Below, one piece after another: positions 53,601-64,000 of a stretch of DNA of 64,000 nucleotides. Source of the stretch: an uncultured cyanobacterium (GTDB lineage: Bacteria > Cyanobacteriota > Cyanobacteriia > Cyanobacteriales > CAWCAG01); the NCBI GenBank assembly GCA_963793425.1, contig CAWCAG010000009.1:256001-320000 (forward strand), given 5' to 3'. Every line of letters starts with the position of its first letter. Position 1 is the first letter of the stretch. The notes below the pieces were generated by a model. It ran no database searches, had not been told where the DNA came from, and saw nothing but the letters and a program-made list of their open reading frames with translations. The translations under genes were made by a program, and so were the position numbers.

Positions 53601-55326
53601 ATGCCAGAAATGGGTTGCTTTTCTTTTTCTCCTACAAAGCCGCCGTTGTCGTACCAAAGGGCTGGCAAACCGTGACCAACCAAGACGCGATCCCCTACTC
53701 TTTCTTCCCTGTCACTTCTGACGTTATCTGGGTTAGTAGCTGCGGGGTAAAGTTTAGTGCCATTGGTATTCAGGGCCAGAGTACTGAAACCAGTCCCAGT
53801 TTTGCCGTCACCGGGGTTGAAAGGAAACATCAACTGATCTAGCGGACGCATATCGTCCCCTGTCCCTACTACGTCTATAGTTACTGGATCTACTGCCCCC
53901 GCAGGAACCTCAGCAAAAGGAACTCGGCGAGTACGGTTACGGAAATAGACATCCATTGCTTTCCTCCTTGCTTCAGCAGGAGTTAAGCCGTTTTCCTCTT
54001 CTTCTTGTTGTTTATCTTTAACATCTTCAGGATCTGGAGCTTTAGTAAGTCCTATATCCACTAAGTCACTAATGCGGTTTTCATAAGCTTCGGTATTATA
54101 AGCTAATAAGTCTGAAGCCTGTGTGACACTTTTATTGGTAGGACTTAAAGCATCATTTTTTTGAGTAACGTTATTTTTTTTATAAAGGTCAGCTTTAATG
54201 TTATTAGCAGGAGGGCTAGCTGCACCAATTCTGCCGTAACCTAAATTACCCCCAATAACAATCTTGCCGTTTTCTGGCTTATAAAAACAAGAGTCTTCAC
54301 TACTAACTTGATAAAATTCGATAGGAGCGTTTGGATTAGTTCCGTCACCAACATATTACTGTTAGTAAAAATCCGCCCATTAATGCGTAAAGGTGTACCA
54401 GAAACTACATCCAAGTCATCGGTATAAAGGATAGCGTTGTTGGCAGGGGGGATTTCTACCCGATCTTGTTGATACTCCAATACAGAGTAGCTAGGAGTTC
54501 CCCGATAGTCTTCAAAATCCGTAGCGGAAAGACCTAATTCTGCTACATCTGTGATTGGGACAGTAGCCACATAAACAAAAAAGCTTTTCTTTAAATCTCC
54601 ACCAATATCAAACCAATCACTACTGCCCGTTAAACTCGCACTCGTCCCTAAAGCTGCTGCACAAAAGCCCCCCACATCTCCATCATCCATTGGGGCTGTC
54701 CTGGCTTCGATGGGAGTTCTTTCCCTAACATAGTCACCATCAGTACTAGTAGTATCAAAAAGAGGAGTACGAAATACTAAGCTGTAGAGGGTAAAGCTAT
54801 CAAATACGCCGTTATTATCCGTATCTACAGGAAAACGCCAAGCATTGATGGTAGTTTCATCTTCTTTAAGATTGACTGCTGCTTTTCCTATTCCTCCTTC
54901 AATACTTCCCCCACCATCTGCGTCGTAGGCAATTTGTAAGCGAGTCTCATCTTTGAAAGTAAACTTAGACTTCCTAAACTCAGTATTGATAATAATTTCT
55001 GAAGCTGTTCCCCTGGTAGTTGGCGAAGCAAATACCTTTTCCATCTTGGCTTTTGCCCGATCAATAGCAGGCAAAGCAGAGTTGAGGACTACCTGATTAA
55101 CACGGTAGTTACTAGCATTCTTACTCCGATCAAAGGAGCGAATCATAATAGTAGTAGTCAATAAAGCAACTACCAACATCACCATGACAACAGTTGGCAA
55201 AACAAAACCTGCTCTGCTAGAAGAACGACTTCTTGGTGTAGTAAGTCGTAGGCGACGAGCAACCCAGTTGGCAGTTTGTTTAAAGAGTTTTTTGAGAAAG
55301 TTGACTTTCTTTTTCCTACGTGGCAT
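50642..55326 (-). CDS. hpsA: Hormogonium polysaccharide biosynthesis protein HpsA-like; about five frameshifts
   Basis: AGFVLPTVVMVMLVVALL, IMIRSFDR, GGLRVVTGAGVY, IIYASRDDALPD, NGGLANL..FIENW and RNWGFDVGLLSQQPDLF, spread across consecutive ORF fragments. Confidence 0.8.
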
Positions 55327-55693
55327 AGTAGCGTTCCTGTCAGGCTTAAGAAATTGAGGTAATTAGTAAATAGAAAATTTTAGTAATATAATCCTTTTGC
55401 AAGATGAAAAAGGCAATTGCTTTTCTCTTGCAGAATTTAATTTAGATTGTGAATGAGTTTTTTTTTAGATTAACAAAACTAGTTTGAAATATTGGGTCAG
55501 GGCTATAATTTTTCCTCCCCAAATAATTCAGCTATTTTTTTGCTGCCAATATCTTGCCCAGCTAATCCGGCAAATCTATCATACTTATGTATAAATCTTT
55601 CTCTGGTTGTAAGTGGAGAGGGTGAGATGGGGAAATGGGGAGCTAGGAAGCTAGGGGGAGGTAGAAATTTGCCGACCCTACTCCCTATCCTTA

Positions 55694-55930
55694 TTAATGT
55701 TGATTAAGATTAATTCCTGCTTCTTTAGCCATTGTTTGAATACCTTTTTTCTGTAAGGTTTTGATTGCTTTAGTAGAAAGCTTTAACTTCACCCAACGCT
55801 TACCTTCGGCCCACCATACTCTTTTCCATTGCAGATTAGCATTTTGGAGCTTTTTGGTACGGCGATGGGAGTGGGAGACAGCAAAAGCGTTATTAGCTTT
55901 CTTGCCAGTTAGTTGACATTTGCGAGACAT
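55694..55930 (-). CDS. rpmB: 50S ribosomal protein L28
   Basis: [33 protein letters not shown]. Confidence 0.98.
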   Translation of the reverse strand: MSRKCQLTGKKANNAFAVSHSHRRTKKLQNANLQWKRVWWAEGKRWVKLKLSTKAIKTLQKKGIQTMAKEAGINLNQH

Positions 55931-56255
55931 AGCTTTTTCCTTATGATTTTAGAAGATACAATCTTTTATGATACTGAATTGGGGAGCGGTTATCAGTAAT
56001 ATTGGAAGTAGATTGTTATCTTTTTGGAGAAGAGCCTATTTTTCAGGAGATGTGGTATGACGATCAAGACTAATAATCAAAAAAATAGAGTACTCATAGT
56101 TTTTTATGCAGAGACTGGGGAACCTGGATGGAAAGAACGCTTCAATTCTACTGGAAGCTTAACTAACTACATTGAACATTGAACATTAAACATCGAACAT
56201 TGTTAGGCTGACGGTTGTCGTAGATATTTATAGATAACTGATAACTAATTTGATA

Positions 56256-57542
56256 ATGGTTGATAAAAGACTTACTCTTGCCCTACTATGCTTCGCGATC
56301 GCCCTGAAAATATCCCCAGCAAAAGCAGAGACAAATTCTGCCTGTCCTCTTCATCCTGCCATTAATTACGAAAGTTCCCAAAGAGCAGATTTACGCCGTT
56401 ATCAAGAAGAAGAAAGAACCGAAGAAGAACTTAATCCCCTGGAAATCACCACCACAGATCCTCTTTTACCTAATCCTGCCATAGAACGTCCCCTTAGCCC
56501 TTTAGAACGTAAACGTATTGCTGCGGCTTTGAATGATTTAGATGCCCAAGCTAGGGCAGAGTTGAAGGCAGGAAATAAGGATGAAGCTTTCACTATTTGG
56601 TACAGAGAATTAAGGGTTTGGCGAGAGTTTGGGCGTTTAGAAGAAATTAATGTTTTAGGAAGAGTAGGAGAAATTGCTTTTCAAGAAAACCGTAAACAGG
56701 ATGTGCAAATAATTACCGAACGCTTAGAAATCATCCAAGCAGAAATAGAAAAAGAAGGGGAACTCAGCCCTGATTTACTTCAGGCTTTGGGTAAAGCTTA
56801 TGAACAAGTTAAAGCCCCCGGACAAGCTTTAAATATTTATGAAAAAATCCTCGCTAATGCTAGACAAGTGGGAGATATTACCACAGAAAAAGCGGCTTTA
56901 AATGTTCTTGGCAAGTTTCATTTAGCTTGGTTTGACTATTGCCAAGCTGCTAATACCTATAACGATTTACTCTTTTTGGCACAACAAGAATCAGATACTA
57001 ATCAAGAAGTAGCTTACTTAGAAGACTTGGCTTATATTTACGAACAAGATAAGTTACCATCTAAAAAAATCACCATTCAAAGGCAATTAGAACAACTCTA
57101 TTTTGCCAATCAGAAATACGAAAAACTAGCAAGCTTGAAAATTTCCCTCGGTGATGCTTATGAAACCCTGGAACAACTTGATTTAGCCAGCCAAAATTAT
57201 CAAGAAGCCTTCCAAGCAGCTTGGACAATTCAACAATTTGCCTTAGCTAGTGAAGCTTTCCAAAAATTAGCTCAACTTTATTATGAAAATGGGCAGCCAG
57301 AAGCTGCTATAGAAATTTATCAAGAACTCCTGAAAATCGATAACTATGGCTATAACGATTACAGCCGTATGGAAACTTTTGACAAAATGGCTAAAATCTA
57401 TTTAGAGCAGGAAAATTATCAAAGCGCGCTACAAGCCTATGAAAATGGTTTAGCGATCGCAACTTCTTTAGGTTATCAACAGACTTATTTTCAAACCCAA
57501 ATTGAGCGCCTCAAAGAAAAAATGCCCTTAGAAATTAACTAA
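56256..57542 (+). CDS. Secreted TPR protein
   Basis: Signal peptide, DPLLP...RPLSPLE motif and multiple TPR-like helices. Confidence 0.85.
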   Translation: MVDKRLTLALLCFAIALKISPAKAETNSACPLHPAINYESSQRADLRRYQEEERTEEELNPLEITTTDPLLPNPAIERPLSPLERKRIAAALNDLDAQARAELKAGNKDEAFTIWYRELRVWREFGRLEEINVLGRVGEIAFQENRKQDVQIITERLEIIQAEIEKEGELSPDLLQALGKAYEQVKAPGQALNIYEKILANARQVGDITTEKAALNVLGKFHLAWFDYCQAANTYNDLLFLAQQESDTNQEVAYLEDLAYIYEQDKLPSKKITIQRQLEQLYFANQKYEKLASLKISLGDAYETLEQLDLASQNYQEAFQAAWTIQQFALASEAFQKLAQLYYENGQPEAAIEIYQELLKIDNYGYNDYSRMETFDKMAKIYLEQENYQSALQAYENGLAIATSLGYQQTYFQTQIERLKEKMPLEIN

Positions 57543-58122
57543 GAAAAGATTTAGCTAATTGCTAGTTGCTAGTTGCTAATTGCTAATAGTTCTCTCCCCA
57601 GTTCCCTAGCTCCCCACCCAAAACCGATTCGGTATCAGTTTAATCAACCAGCCGTTAAGAAACTTTTGCTGATCTTAAATATTCTTCCTGTATATATACT
57701 TAACTAGAGGAGAAATAGCTTGGTTGAGATTATCTCACCTTAGTTCGTCTTTATGGAAAATAAATAGTAAAAAGGAGAAAACTTTAATAAAACAGGGACA
57801 ATAGCCGATTTATGAATATAAGCTTCCCAGGAAACTCGGAAATTCAAGTTTTGGTTTTTGACATAATTTTTTGTTTCGAGAAATAAAAGCCTGTCTTTCT
57901 TGAAGCTTTCTTATAGTTGCTTGCTTCAGCTAATAATGGCTATATACTGTTTTTAACACTTAACTGAGAACGTAGATTCTTGATTATGGGTTAGCTATTG
58001 AAGCTTTTTTCTTACTCACAAATAATTTTCCATTATATGATTGTTAGTACCTAGGAAGTAACGAAAGCCTGACTTAGAGAAGTTTTTAAATTTTCAATTT
58101 GCTGAAACGGAGGAGAAAAAAA

Positions 58123-58383
58123 ATGAAAATCTTAATCGTTATTCTAATTATTGCCCTTAGTAGTACAACTGCTTTAGCGGCAGGACGACAAAATAAACAG
58201 AACTTGAGCAAGAATGTGGATTTTGCTAATTTAAGCAATACCAATCTTGCTCAACTAGATAACTCTTCTGAGGTTGTAAATGAGCCAGGATCTAGGCCCG
58301 AAAATCTAGAAGAAAAGACTTCAACCGCTTATGGAGAGCCAAGTAGAGGAAGTAATTCCACTAAGGGCGGTAGCTCTAGATAA
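58123..58383 (+). CDS. Small secreted protein (86 aa) with C-terminal GGSSR motif
   Basis: GGAGGAG Shine-Dalgarno at 58109-58115; signal peptide ending ALA. Confidence 0.75.
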   Translation: MKILIVILIIALSSTTALAAGRQNKQNLSKNVDFANLSNTNLAQLDNSSEVVNEPGSRPENLEEKTSTAYGEPSRGSNSTKGGSSR

Positions 58384-58442
58384 GCCATCAGGTTTAATTT
58401 TTTGGTTAGAGGTGACAGGAAGAAACCAGAGATAGTTATTCC

Positions 58443-59591
58443 CTAATGAGTTGAAGCAACCAGGAGCTTATCTACTTCTTCAGTAGTTAAATGATTCAAA
58501 TCTGTTAAGCTCTTAATTTTGTTAGTTAAAGCCTTAATTTGGGCTTGGTTTAACTTTAATCCTAATTGGGCAGCACGCTGGGCAACGGCGTGTTTTCCTG
58601 TGAGAGGATGATTAATTAAAAGCGATCGCTGTAAGCTAAAATCGCGAGGATCAAGAATTTCATAAGTACTAGGATTATTTAATATTGCTTTGGTATGAAC
58701 TCCAGCCTTATGGCTAAAAGCGGTTTTGCCAACAATGCAATGGTTAAAAGGAATTTCTACCCCAACTTTATCCGCTACGAATTCATGCAAGACAGGAATT
58801 TGAGCTAAATTATATTTGCGTCTCAATCTTTGAGGATCAAAGGCATAGAGGCAGGCTATCAGCCCCGCTAAGGGTGTAATCCCATTACGTTCCCCAATAC
58901 CTAACACAGTAGTATCAATATGAGTAGCTCCAGCTTCTAGGGCAGCGTAGCTATTAGCAACAGCACAACCAGTATCATTATGTCCATGAAACTCAATGTC
59001 AGTTGAGGAATAATGGCGTAAGGTTTTGACTAATTGGCATACTTGAGCTGGAGTTGCGACACCCACAGTATCAGCGATGCCAAAGCGTTTGACAATTCCT
59101 AACTTATCTAAGGTTAGGTAAACTTTTAGTAGATCATTTATAGAACTTCGGAAAGAGTCTTCTGTAGAAAAACGTATCTCCGTTTGAGGACTCTGCTTAT
59201 GAATGAAATTAATTACTTCTGTGGCGATCCCAATAATATCTTGGATAGTTTTACCATGACTAAACTGACGCAATAAGTAAGAAGTACCAACAAAAAGATT
59301 GACCCCATCAACTTCTGTATCTAAAGCAACTTTGGCATCTTCTAAGTGGCAGCGAATGTGAGTTAACACCTTCGCTTTCAAGCCTAATTTAGTTATATAT
59401 TGACAACTTTGGCGAGATTGAGGAGAAGCATAAGGAGATGTCAGTTCAATATATTCCACACCAAACCGATCTAAAGCTATAGCAATTTCTATTTTATCTC
59501 TTAAAGAGAAATTAGCTCCAACAAACTGTTCTCCTTCTCTAAGGGTAGTTTCAATAATGGCAAAGTTAGTTAAGGGCATGGCTTTATTCAT
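58443..59591 (-). CDS. Homocitrate synthase (Lys20/Thermus-like DRE-TIM subtype)
   Basis: [50 protein letters not shown] and HKAGVH. Confidence 0.85.
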   Translation of the reverse strand: MNKAMPLTNFAIIETTLREGEQFVGANFSLRDKIEIAIALDRFGVEYIELTSPYASPQSRQSCQYITKLGLKAKVLTHIRCHLEDAKVALDTEVDGVNLFVGTSYLLRQFSHGKTIQDIIGIATEVINFIHKQSPQTEIRFSTEDSFRSSINDLLKVYLTLDKLGIVKRFGIADTVGVATPAQVCQLVKTLRHYSSTDIEFHGHNDTGCAVANSYAALEAGATHIDTTVLGIGERNGITPLAGLIACLYAFDPQRLRRKYNLAQIPVLHEFVADKVGVEIPFNHCIVGKTAFSHKAGVHTKAILNNPSTYEILDPRDFSLQRSLLINHPLTGKHAVAQRAAQLGLKLNQAQIKALTNKIKSLTDLNHLTTEEVDKLLVASTH

Positions 59592-60264
59592 CCCGAAAGA
59601 CACTATTTTTTTGATGCTTAGCTGTACAAGAAATAGCCTCAGAAACTACCAGCTAAAGGTCAATTTTCTGCATGGTATTAACAGAAAATAAGAGCTTTAA
59701 AAGGGTAAGTGTAAATATGGAAAGGCTTGCTAAACTAATAATCACAACAATTAATTTCTCAATAATCATAGACACAACTTTCTGCAACATAGTTTCTCTG
59801 ACTAAATTGATATTCCTGACAACTGAAATCCACAACTATTTTAAGACAATTACAAAAATGTTTTTTACTACGTCGGCAAACAATCTATTTATTATAAGTA
59901 GAAATTCGAGGCCAATTTTGCTGATGTAAAATTAGTTATTTGGTGTCATAAATAAATCTTCTTAAACTCTGCTACTAAACATCTCCTTCGTTTGCTCATA
60001 AATTCCCCGAAAACGCCTTGATTCAATAAAATAGAGAAATCACACCGCAATTAACAAAAACAAAAAATATTAGGTCGTACATTATGCCAAAAGACCTGAT
60101 AGACATACGTGTATACACCGCTAATCTGCCTGTTTGTCACAAGTTTATATACCAAGATTCTCAAATATTTGCTCTAAACCTCTTCATCTGTCACAGGTTG
60201 GATTGCTGTATCCTTAATATTTTGTTACAAAAGAACTAGAACAGATAGCTAAATTTATAGCCTT

Positions 60265-61056
60265 ATGCTTGGTGGCTTTATTGGTTCCAACAACAACAAA
60301 AGTGCAGATTGGGGAGAAAATATCCTTAACAACGTTGCTAGCAATACAATTCGCCACCTGTTCACTCAGAGTGAATCAGTGGAGGTCGAGGTACGCTGTA
60401 ATCCTTCTAGCAAGCTATTACAGGGTAGTATCGACAGCTTTAAGATGAATGGTAGAGGTTTAGTAATTCGCAAAGATTTCCGCACCGAGGAGATGTCCTT
60501 TGAAACTGATGCTGTCTCTATTGATTTTGGCTCTGTCCTTAAGGGGCAGCTTTCTCTTAAACAACCTACTCAGGCGATCGCCTCAGTTAAATTGACTCAA
60601 GAAGATATTAACAAGGCTTTCTGTGCCGATTTAGTTAGGAAACGTTTAGAGAATTTAGATTCCCCTAGTTTTACTGAACTATCAGGAGGCGAACCAGTTT
60701 CCTTTACCGATGTAGAAATACAATTGTTACCCAAAAATAGGCTCAAACTATTTGCTAAAGCCCATTTACCCAACCGGATCGTACCCGTTAGTTTAAGCTG
60801 TACTTTAGCAATTGCGAAACGGCGGCGTATTCTTTTCCAAGATCCTAAATTTGAAACAGAGGCTGTACCAGAAGATTTACAGGATATATCCAAAATATTG
60901 ACGAACAATTTGGCAGATGTTCTCAATAACATGGTGGATCTCGACCGTTTTAACCTAGATGGAGTAAATTTAAGATTAAATCGTCTAGAAACCCAAGGGC
61001 AAAATCTGCTTTTTAGCGGTTATGCTCAAATAGAACGGATACCCCAAACTGGCTAG
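60265..61056 (+). CDS. DUF2993 / LmeA-like protein
   Basis: SKLLQGSIDSF, FETDAVSIDF and MVDLDRFNLDG; conserved cyanobacterial pattern. Confidence 0.82.
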   Translation: MLGGFIGSNNNKSADWGENILNNVASNTIRHLFTQSESVEVEVRCNPSSKLLQGSIDSFKMNGRGLVIRKDFRTEEMSFETDAVSIDFGSVLKGQLSLKQPTQAIASVKLTQEDINKAFCADLVRKRLENLDSPSFTELSGGEPVSFTDVEIQLLPKNRLKLFAKAHLPNRIVPVSLSCTLAIAKRRRILFQDPKFETEAVPEDLQDISKILTNNLADVLNNMVDLDRFNLDGVNLRLNRLETQGQNLLFSGYAQIERIPQTG

Positions 61057-61063
61057 AAATAAT

Positions 61064-61121
61064 GGGCGACCCAGTTAGACTTTATCTTGTTGATAAATGA
61101 GGAAAAACAGGTCGCCCCTAC
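61064..61121. repeat. GTAG-type REP-like palindrome
   Basis: GGGCGACC...GGTCGCCCCTAC. Confidence 0.65.
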
Positions 61122-61136
61122 ATTGATTATTGAATA

Positions 61137-61754
61137 ATGTTATCCCTTGGTGGACTTGTTCTTGTACCTTTAATCGCTTTTTCTTTAATTGGCATCGCCC
61201 TAATTTTGGAGCGGATTATTTTTTGGTTAAAGATTCAACAAAAACAAAATCGTCTCATCGGAGAGTTTCTCTATCTTTACCAAGATAATCCTCAAACTGC
61301 CTTACCAAAACTTAAGCAAAATAGCCATTTACCTATAGCACGTATTTTTTTAGCAGCTTTAGAATTAGAGCGTCCTACAGCAGAGGAATTTGAACTCGCT
61401 TTAGAAACTGCCGTACAAGCTGAAATTCCTATACTCAAGCGCTTTAACACTGCCTTTGAGACAATAATTGCTGTTGCACCTTTGCTCGGTTTATTAGGGA
61501 CAATTTTGGGATTAATTGAAGCTTTTTCCGCTCTTAAAATTGGTGATATTGCTGCTACGAATACCGCAGGGGTAAGCGGGGGGATCAGTGATGCTTTAAT
61601 TACTACGGCTGTAGGGTTATTAGTCGCTATTATTACCCTCTTGTTTGCTAATCTTTTTCGTAGTTTATATCGCCGTCAGTTAAGCTTAATCCAAAAATAT
61701 GGTGGCCGTCTTGAATTACTTTATCGAAGACAAATTAAACAGTCATCTTTTTAA
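61137..61754 (+). CDS. exbB: MotA/TolQ/ExbB proton channel protein
   Basis: APLLGLLGTILGLI and GISDALITTAVGL. Confidence 0.88.
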   Translation: MLSLGGLVLVPLIAFSLIGIALILERIIFWLKIQQKQNRLIGEFLYLYQDNPQTALPKLKQNSHLPIARIFLAALELERPTAEEFELALETAVQAEIPILKRFNTAFETIIAVAPLLGLLGTILGLIEAFSALKIGDIAATNTAGVSGGISDALITTAVGLLVAIITLLFANLFRSLYRRQLSLIQKYGGRLELLYRRQIKQSSF

Positions 61755-61798
61755 TTTTTCCTAACGAAGATCAACAAAGACTTGCTACCAAAGCAATA

Positions 61799-62455
61799 TT
61801 AACTGGAAGTTACTGCTAAGATAATCCCTTGGGGTAATATTCTATGCTCTTGAACTTGGATGCGAGCATGAAGAGTTTCCGAGGTATCATTTGGTAAAAC
61901 AGGTACTGCTGCTTGAATCAAAATTGGTCCGCTGTCTACTTCTAAGCGTACTAAATGTACCGTACAACCCGTAACTTTAACTTTCGCTTCTATGGCTTGT
62001 TCTACGGCTTTTAAGCCACGAAAACTGGGTAAGAGACTAGGGTGGATGTTGATTAGTTTATCGGGGAAAGCATTGATCAGAACTTCAGTCACTACACGCA
62101 TCCAACCTGCCATAACCACCCACTCAACTTGGTATTTCTGAAACGTTTCAACAATGGCTTGATCTAAAGCTTCACGACTAGAATATTTTTGGTGGTCGAG
62201 GAGAAGTGCCGGAATATCAAAATGAGCTGCTCTTAGGGCAGCCTTCGCACTAGGCTGATTATAAATCAAGACGGGTACTTGAGCATTTAACTTTCCCCTT
62301 TGAATAGCCTTCATAATAGCAGCAAAGTTGCTACCGCTTCCTGAAGCCATGATACCTAATTTAATCGGCTTTTTGAGATTCAATTCCTCAGAAGGAAGGT
62401 AGGGAGAAATCAAACTAGGAGAAGAGTTTTCTTGAGTAAGATGATTTACACTCAT
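61799..62455 (-). CDS. purN: Phosphoribosylglycinamide formyltransferase
   Basis: MASGSGSNF, MAGWMR, INIHPSLLPSF and VDSGPI. Confidence 0.96.
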   Translation of the reverse strand: MSVNHLTQENSSPSLISPYLPSEELNLKKPIKLGIMASGSGSNFAAIMKAIQRGKLNAQVPVLIYNQPSAKAALRAAHFDIPALLLDHQKYSSREALDQAIVETFQKYQVEWVVMAGWMRVVTEVLINAFPDKLINIHPSLLPSFRGLKAVEQAIEAKVKVTGCTVHLVRLEVDSGPILIQAAVPVLPNDTSETLHARIQVQEHRILPQGIILAVTSS

Positions 62456-62542
62456 GCTAAAGATGCACTCAGAATTAAGCAATAAATAACAATTAATAAG
62501 CTTAACCTATAGCAACAGCTTGTTGTACAAAATTATCAATGT

Positions 62543-63202
62543 TCAATGATAAAAGATAGATGAGCTTACTTGCTGGAAAGATACCCTTGTATAATAAACA
62601 AACCAACTGAGAATACCTAAGAATTTTGCCCCATCCTCTAAGAAAGAACGACCATAAAAGTGGGTAGAATTTTGTAGGAGATCAAAAACAAGGGAAGTTG
62701 CAAAGAAGATTAAAGCGCAAATCAAAATTAAAAATTCAGTTTGTAACCAAAACTTCCTGAAAATCAATAAATGAGCAACAACGAGTGTACCGTAACCTAA
62801 ATATATATTCCTAGTTGTCCAACCAAATAAAGCCACAGCTATATTATGAAGAAGGAAAAAGTCATCGGCTAACAATAATAAGGTAATTAAGCCAGAAGCA
62901 AGGAAGAAGAAGGGAACAATTTTTTTGACAGCAGGTTTAGCTAAAACAGAAGCCGCAAACAAGCAAATTCCTGTTGTTAAAGACCAAAACAGAACACCAA
63001 GTTTAGAAATAAAACCATAATAATAGGGGACAGGAAGTAGAGAAATAGGATTATAAGTAAGAGAATTAATAGAAACCCCTGTTTTCAACTTCAAATAAAT
63101 AATCATAAAAATTGCTGGTAGATAAATAGTCAGCAAAACTATCGCTAATAACCTAAACTGTTTTGTCCAGGTATAGCGATGATGCTTTAATCTTAATTTC
63201 AT
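62543..63202 (-). CDS. Integral membrane hypothetical protein
   Basis: About six or seven hydrophobic segments; GFISKLG, DDFFLLH and EDGAKFLG motifs. Confidence 0.75.
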   Translation of the reverse strand: MKLRLKHHRYTWTKQFRLLAIVLLTIYLPAIFMIIYLKLKTGVSINSLTYNPISLLPVPYYYGFISKLGVLFWSLTTGICLFAASVLAKPAVKKIVPFFFLASGLITLLLLADDFFLLHNIAVALFGWTTRNIYLGYGTLVVAHLLIFRKFWLQTEFLILICALIFFATSLVFDLLQNSTHFYGRSFLEDGAKFLGILSWFVYYTRVSFQQVSSSIFYH

Positions 63203-63286
63203 GCTTAATTTATGATTTGTTTACTACCAAGCTGGTAGAGAGGAACCCTAAAAGCTCTTTATTTCTTGGCGTTGTAATAGTTTTTG

Positions 63287-64000
63287 CTATTTCTTAAGTT
63301 GGTGGGAATACTCACTACGCAAGCTTTGAGCAGCCAAATAAATTTTGCTCCATTCTCCCATTACCTGATAGAGTTTCCAGTTGAGACTTTGAGCGATCGC
63401 CTCAAAACTTTGTTCATCTTGTAAAGCCTCAATTAACTTATGCTGAATAGGATTAAGATTTTGAACAAATTCTTCCCATTGTTTCGGAGTTAGTCCTAGG
63501 TTATGTTCTTTTAAAGAAATTTCTAACCAATTTGCAACTAGTTCCGGCTTACCTTTCAGGGCAAAAACTTTGATAGCATGATAACTAACTTTCTCTCGTA
63601 AGCGATAAACCTGTTTGATTGGCAATTCGAGAATCTTAGCGATCGCATCTTGAGAGCGTCCTTGGAGATAAAGTTGTAACCACAGAGCAGCAGTGGAACT
63701 AATATTATCTTCTAGGTATTTTTCAAATTCCCTCTTAATGTTAGAACGCTGAACTTGTTGTTCTTCCCAATCTTGTGTATCTTGCCAATCAGTTATAGCC
63801 TGGGAGTCGAGCAAGCTGACAGGAGAATCAGATGCTTCTAAAGTGAGTTCTTCAGAAATTAAACGTATAATATCTCCTTGGGGAACTTGCGTCATGCCTC
63901 CTTTCTGGGAACGACGGAGAAAGTTGACAAAACGATAGACAAGGAGTGGTTGATTGCGTATGGGGCGTAAACAATATTCCTCTATAGTGGTAAGCAATAA
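63287..64000 (-). CDS. HetZ-related protein (C-terminal part; runs off window end)
   Basis: EEYCLRPIRNQPLLVYRFVNFLRR, LYLQG.SQDAIA.IL.LPIKQVYRLREKVSYHA. Confidence 0.8.
   Translation of the reverse strand, partial: LLLTTIEEYCLRPIRNQPLLVYRFVNFLRRSQKGGMTQVPQGDIIRLISEELTLEASDSPVSLLDSQAITDWQDTQDWEEQQVQRSNIKREFEKYLEDNISSTAALWLQLYLQGRSQDAIAKILELPIKQVYRLREKVSYHAIKVFALKGKPELVANWLEISLKEHNLGLTPKQWEEFVQNLNPIQHKLIEALQDEQSFEAIAQSLNWKLYQVMGEWSKIYLAAQSLRSEYSHQLKK

Noticed and set aside
58123..58383. Calling the small secreted protein PatX/PatS
   Set aside because: It lacks the RG(S/T)GR pentapeptide
58443..59591. Assigning the symbol nifV or leuA
   Set aside because: There is no nif context, the motifs are closer to Lys20-type, and there is no LeuA regulatory domain; a phylogeny is needed
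59653..59929. Two short overlapping ORFs upstream of the homocitrate synthase
   Set aside because: AT-rich intergenic DNA with no recognisable motifs or RBS support
63287..64000. HetZ-related and xisHI genes as evidence of a heterocyst-forming organism
   Set aside because: Both families also occur in non-heterocystous cyanobacteria

Overview
Chromosomal segment of a cyanobacterium. About 35-40 HIP1 GCGATCGC octamers (counted by eye), heptamer STRR tracts and GTAG-type REP hairpins support this. Core genes present: cbiET, sigG with its anti-sigma factor, ggt, mnmH/selU, recG, gyrA, rpmB, purN, an hpsA-hpsB-hpsC-pilin cluster and a HetZ-related gene. Accessory content includes: (1) a split defence-like module, with a PLD-nuclease/SNF2 helicase and an N6-adenine type IIG/DrmMI-like methyltransferase fused to a C-terminal AlbA_2/Schlafen domain; (2) two xisH/xisI pairs; (3) a chromosomal CyRepA1-type primase-helicase preceded by tandem NrdR-box-like motifs; (4) an M15-type peptidase with an eCIS-cargo-like leader; (5) two internally deleted tnpB/IS605 remnants, one carrying nested micro-insertions; (6) a Lys20-type homocitrate synthase outside any nif context; and (7) an unexplained ~118-bp dispersed repeat in three copies with convergent sigma70-like promoter motifs around an inverted repeat. 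Many accessory genes have single-base frameshifts that may be long-read errors, while several others have larger internal deletions. No rRNA, tRNA or CRISPR array was recognised. All family assignments come from motif recognition, not database searches.
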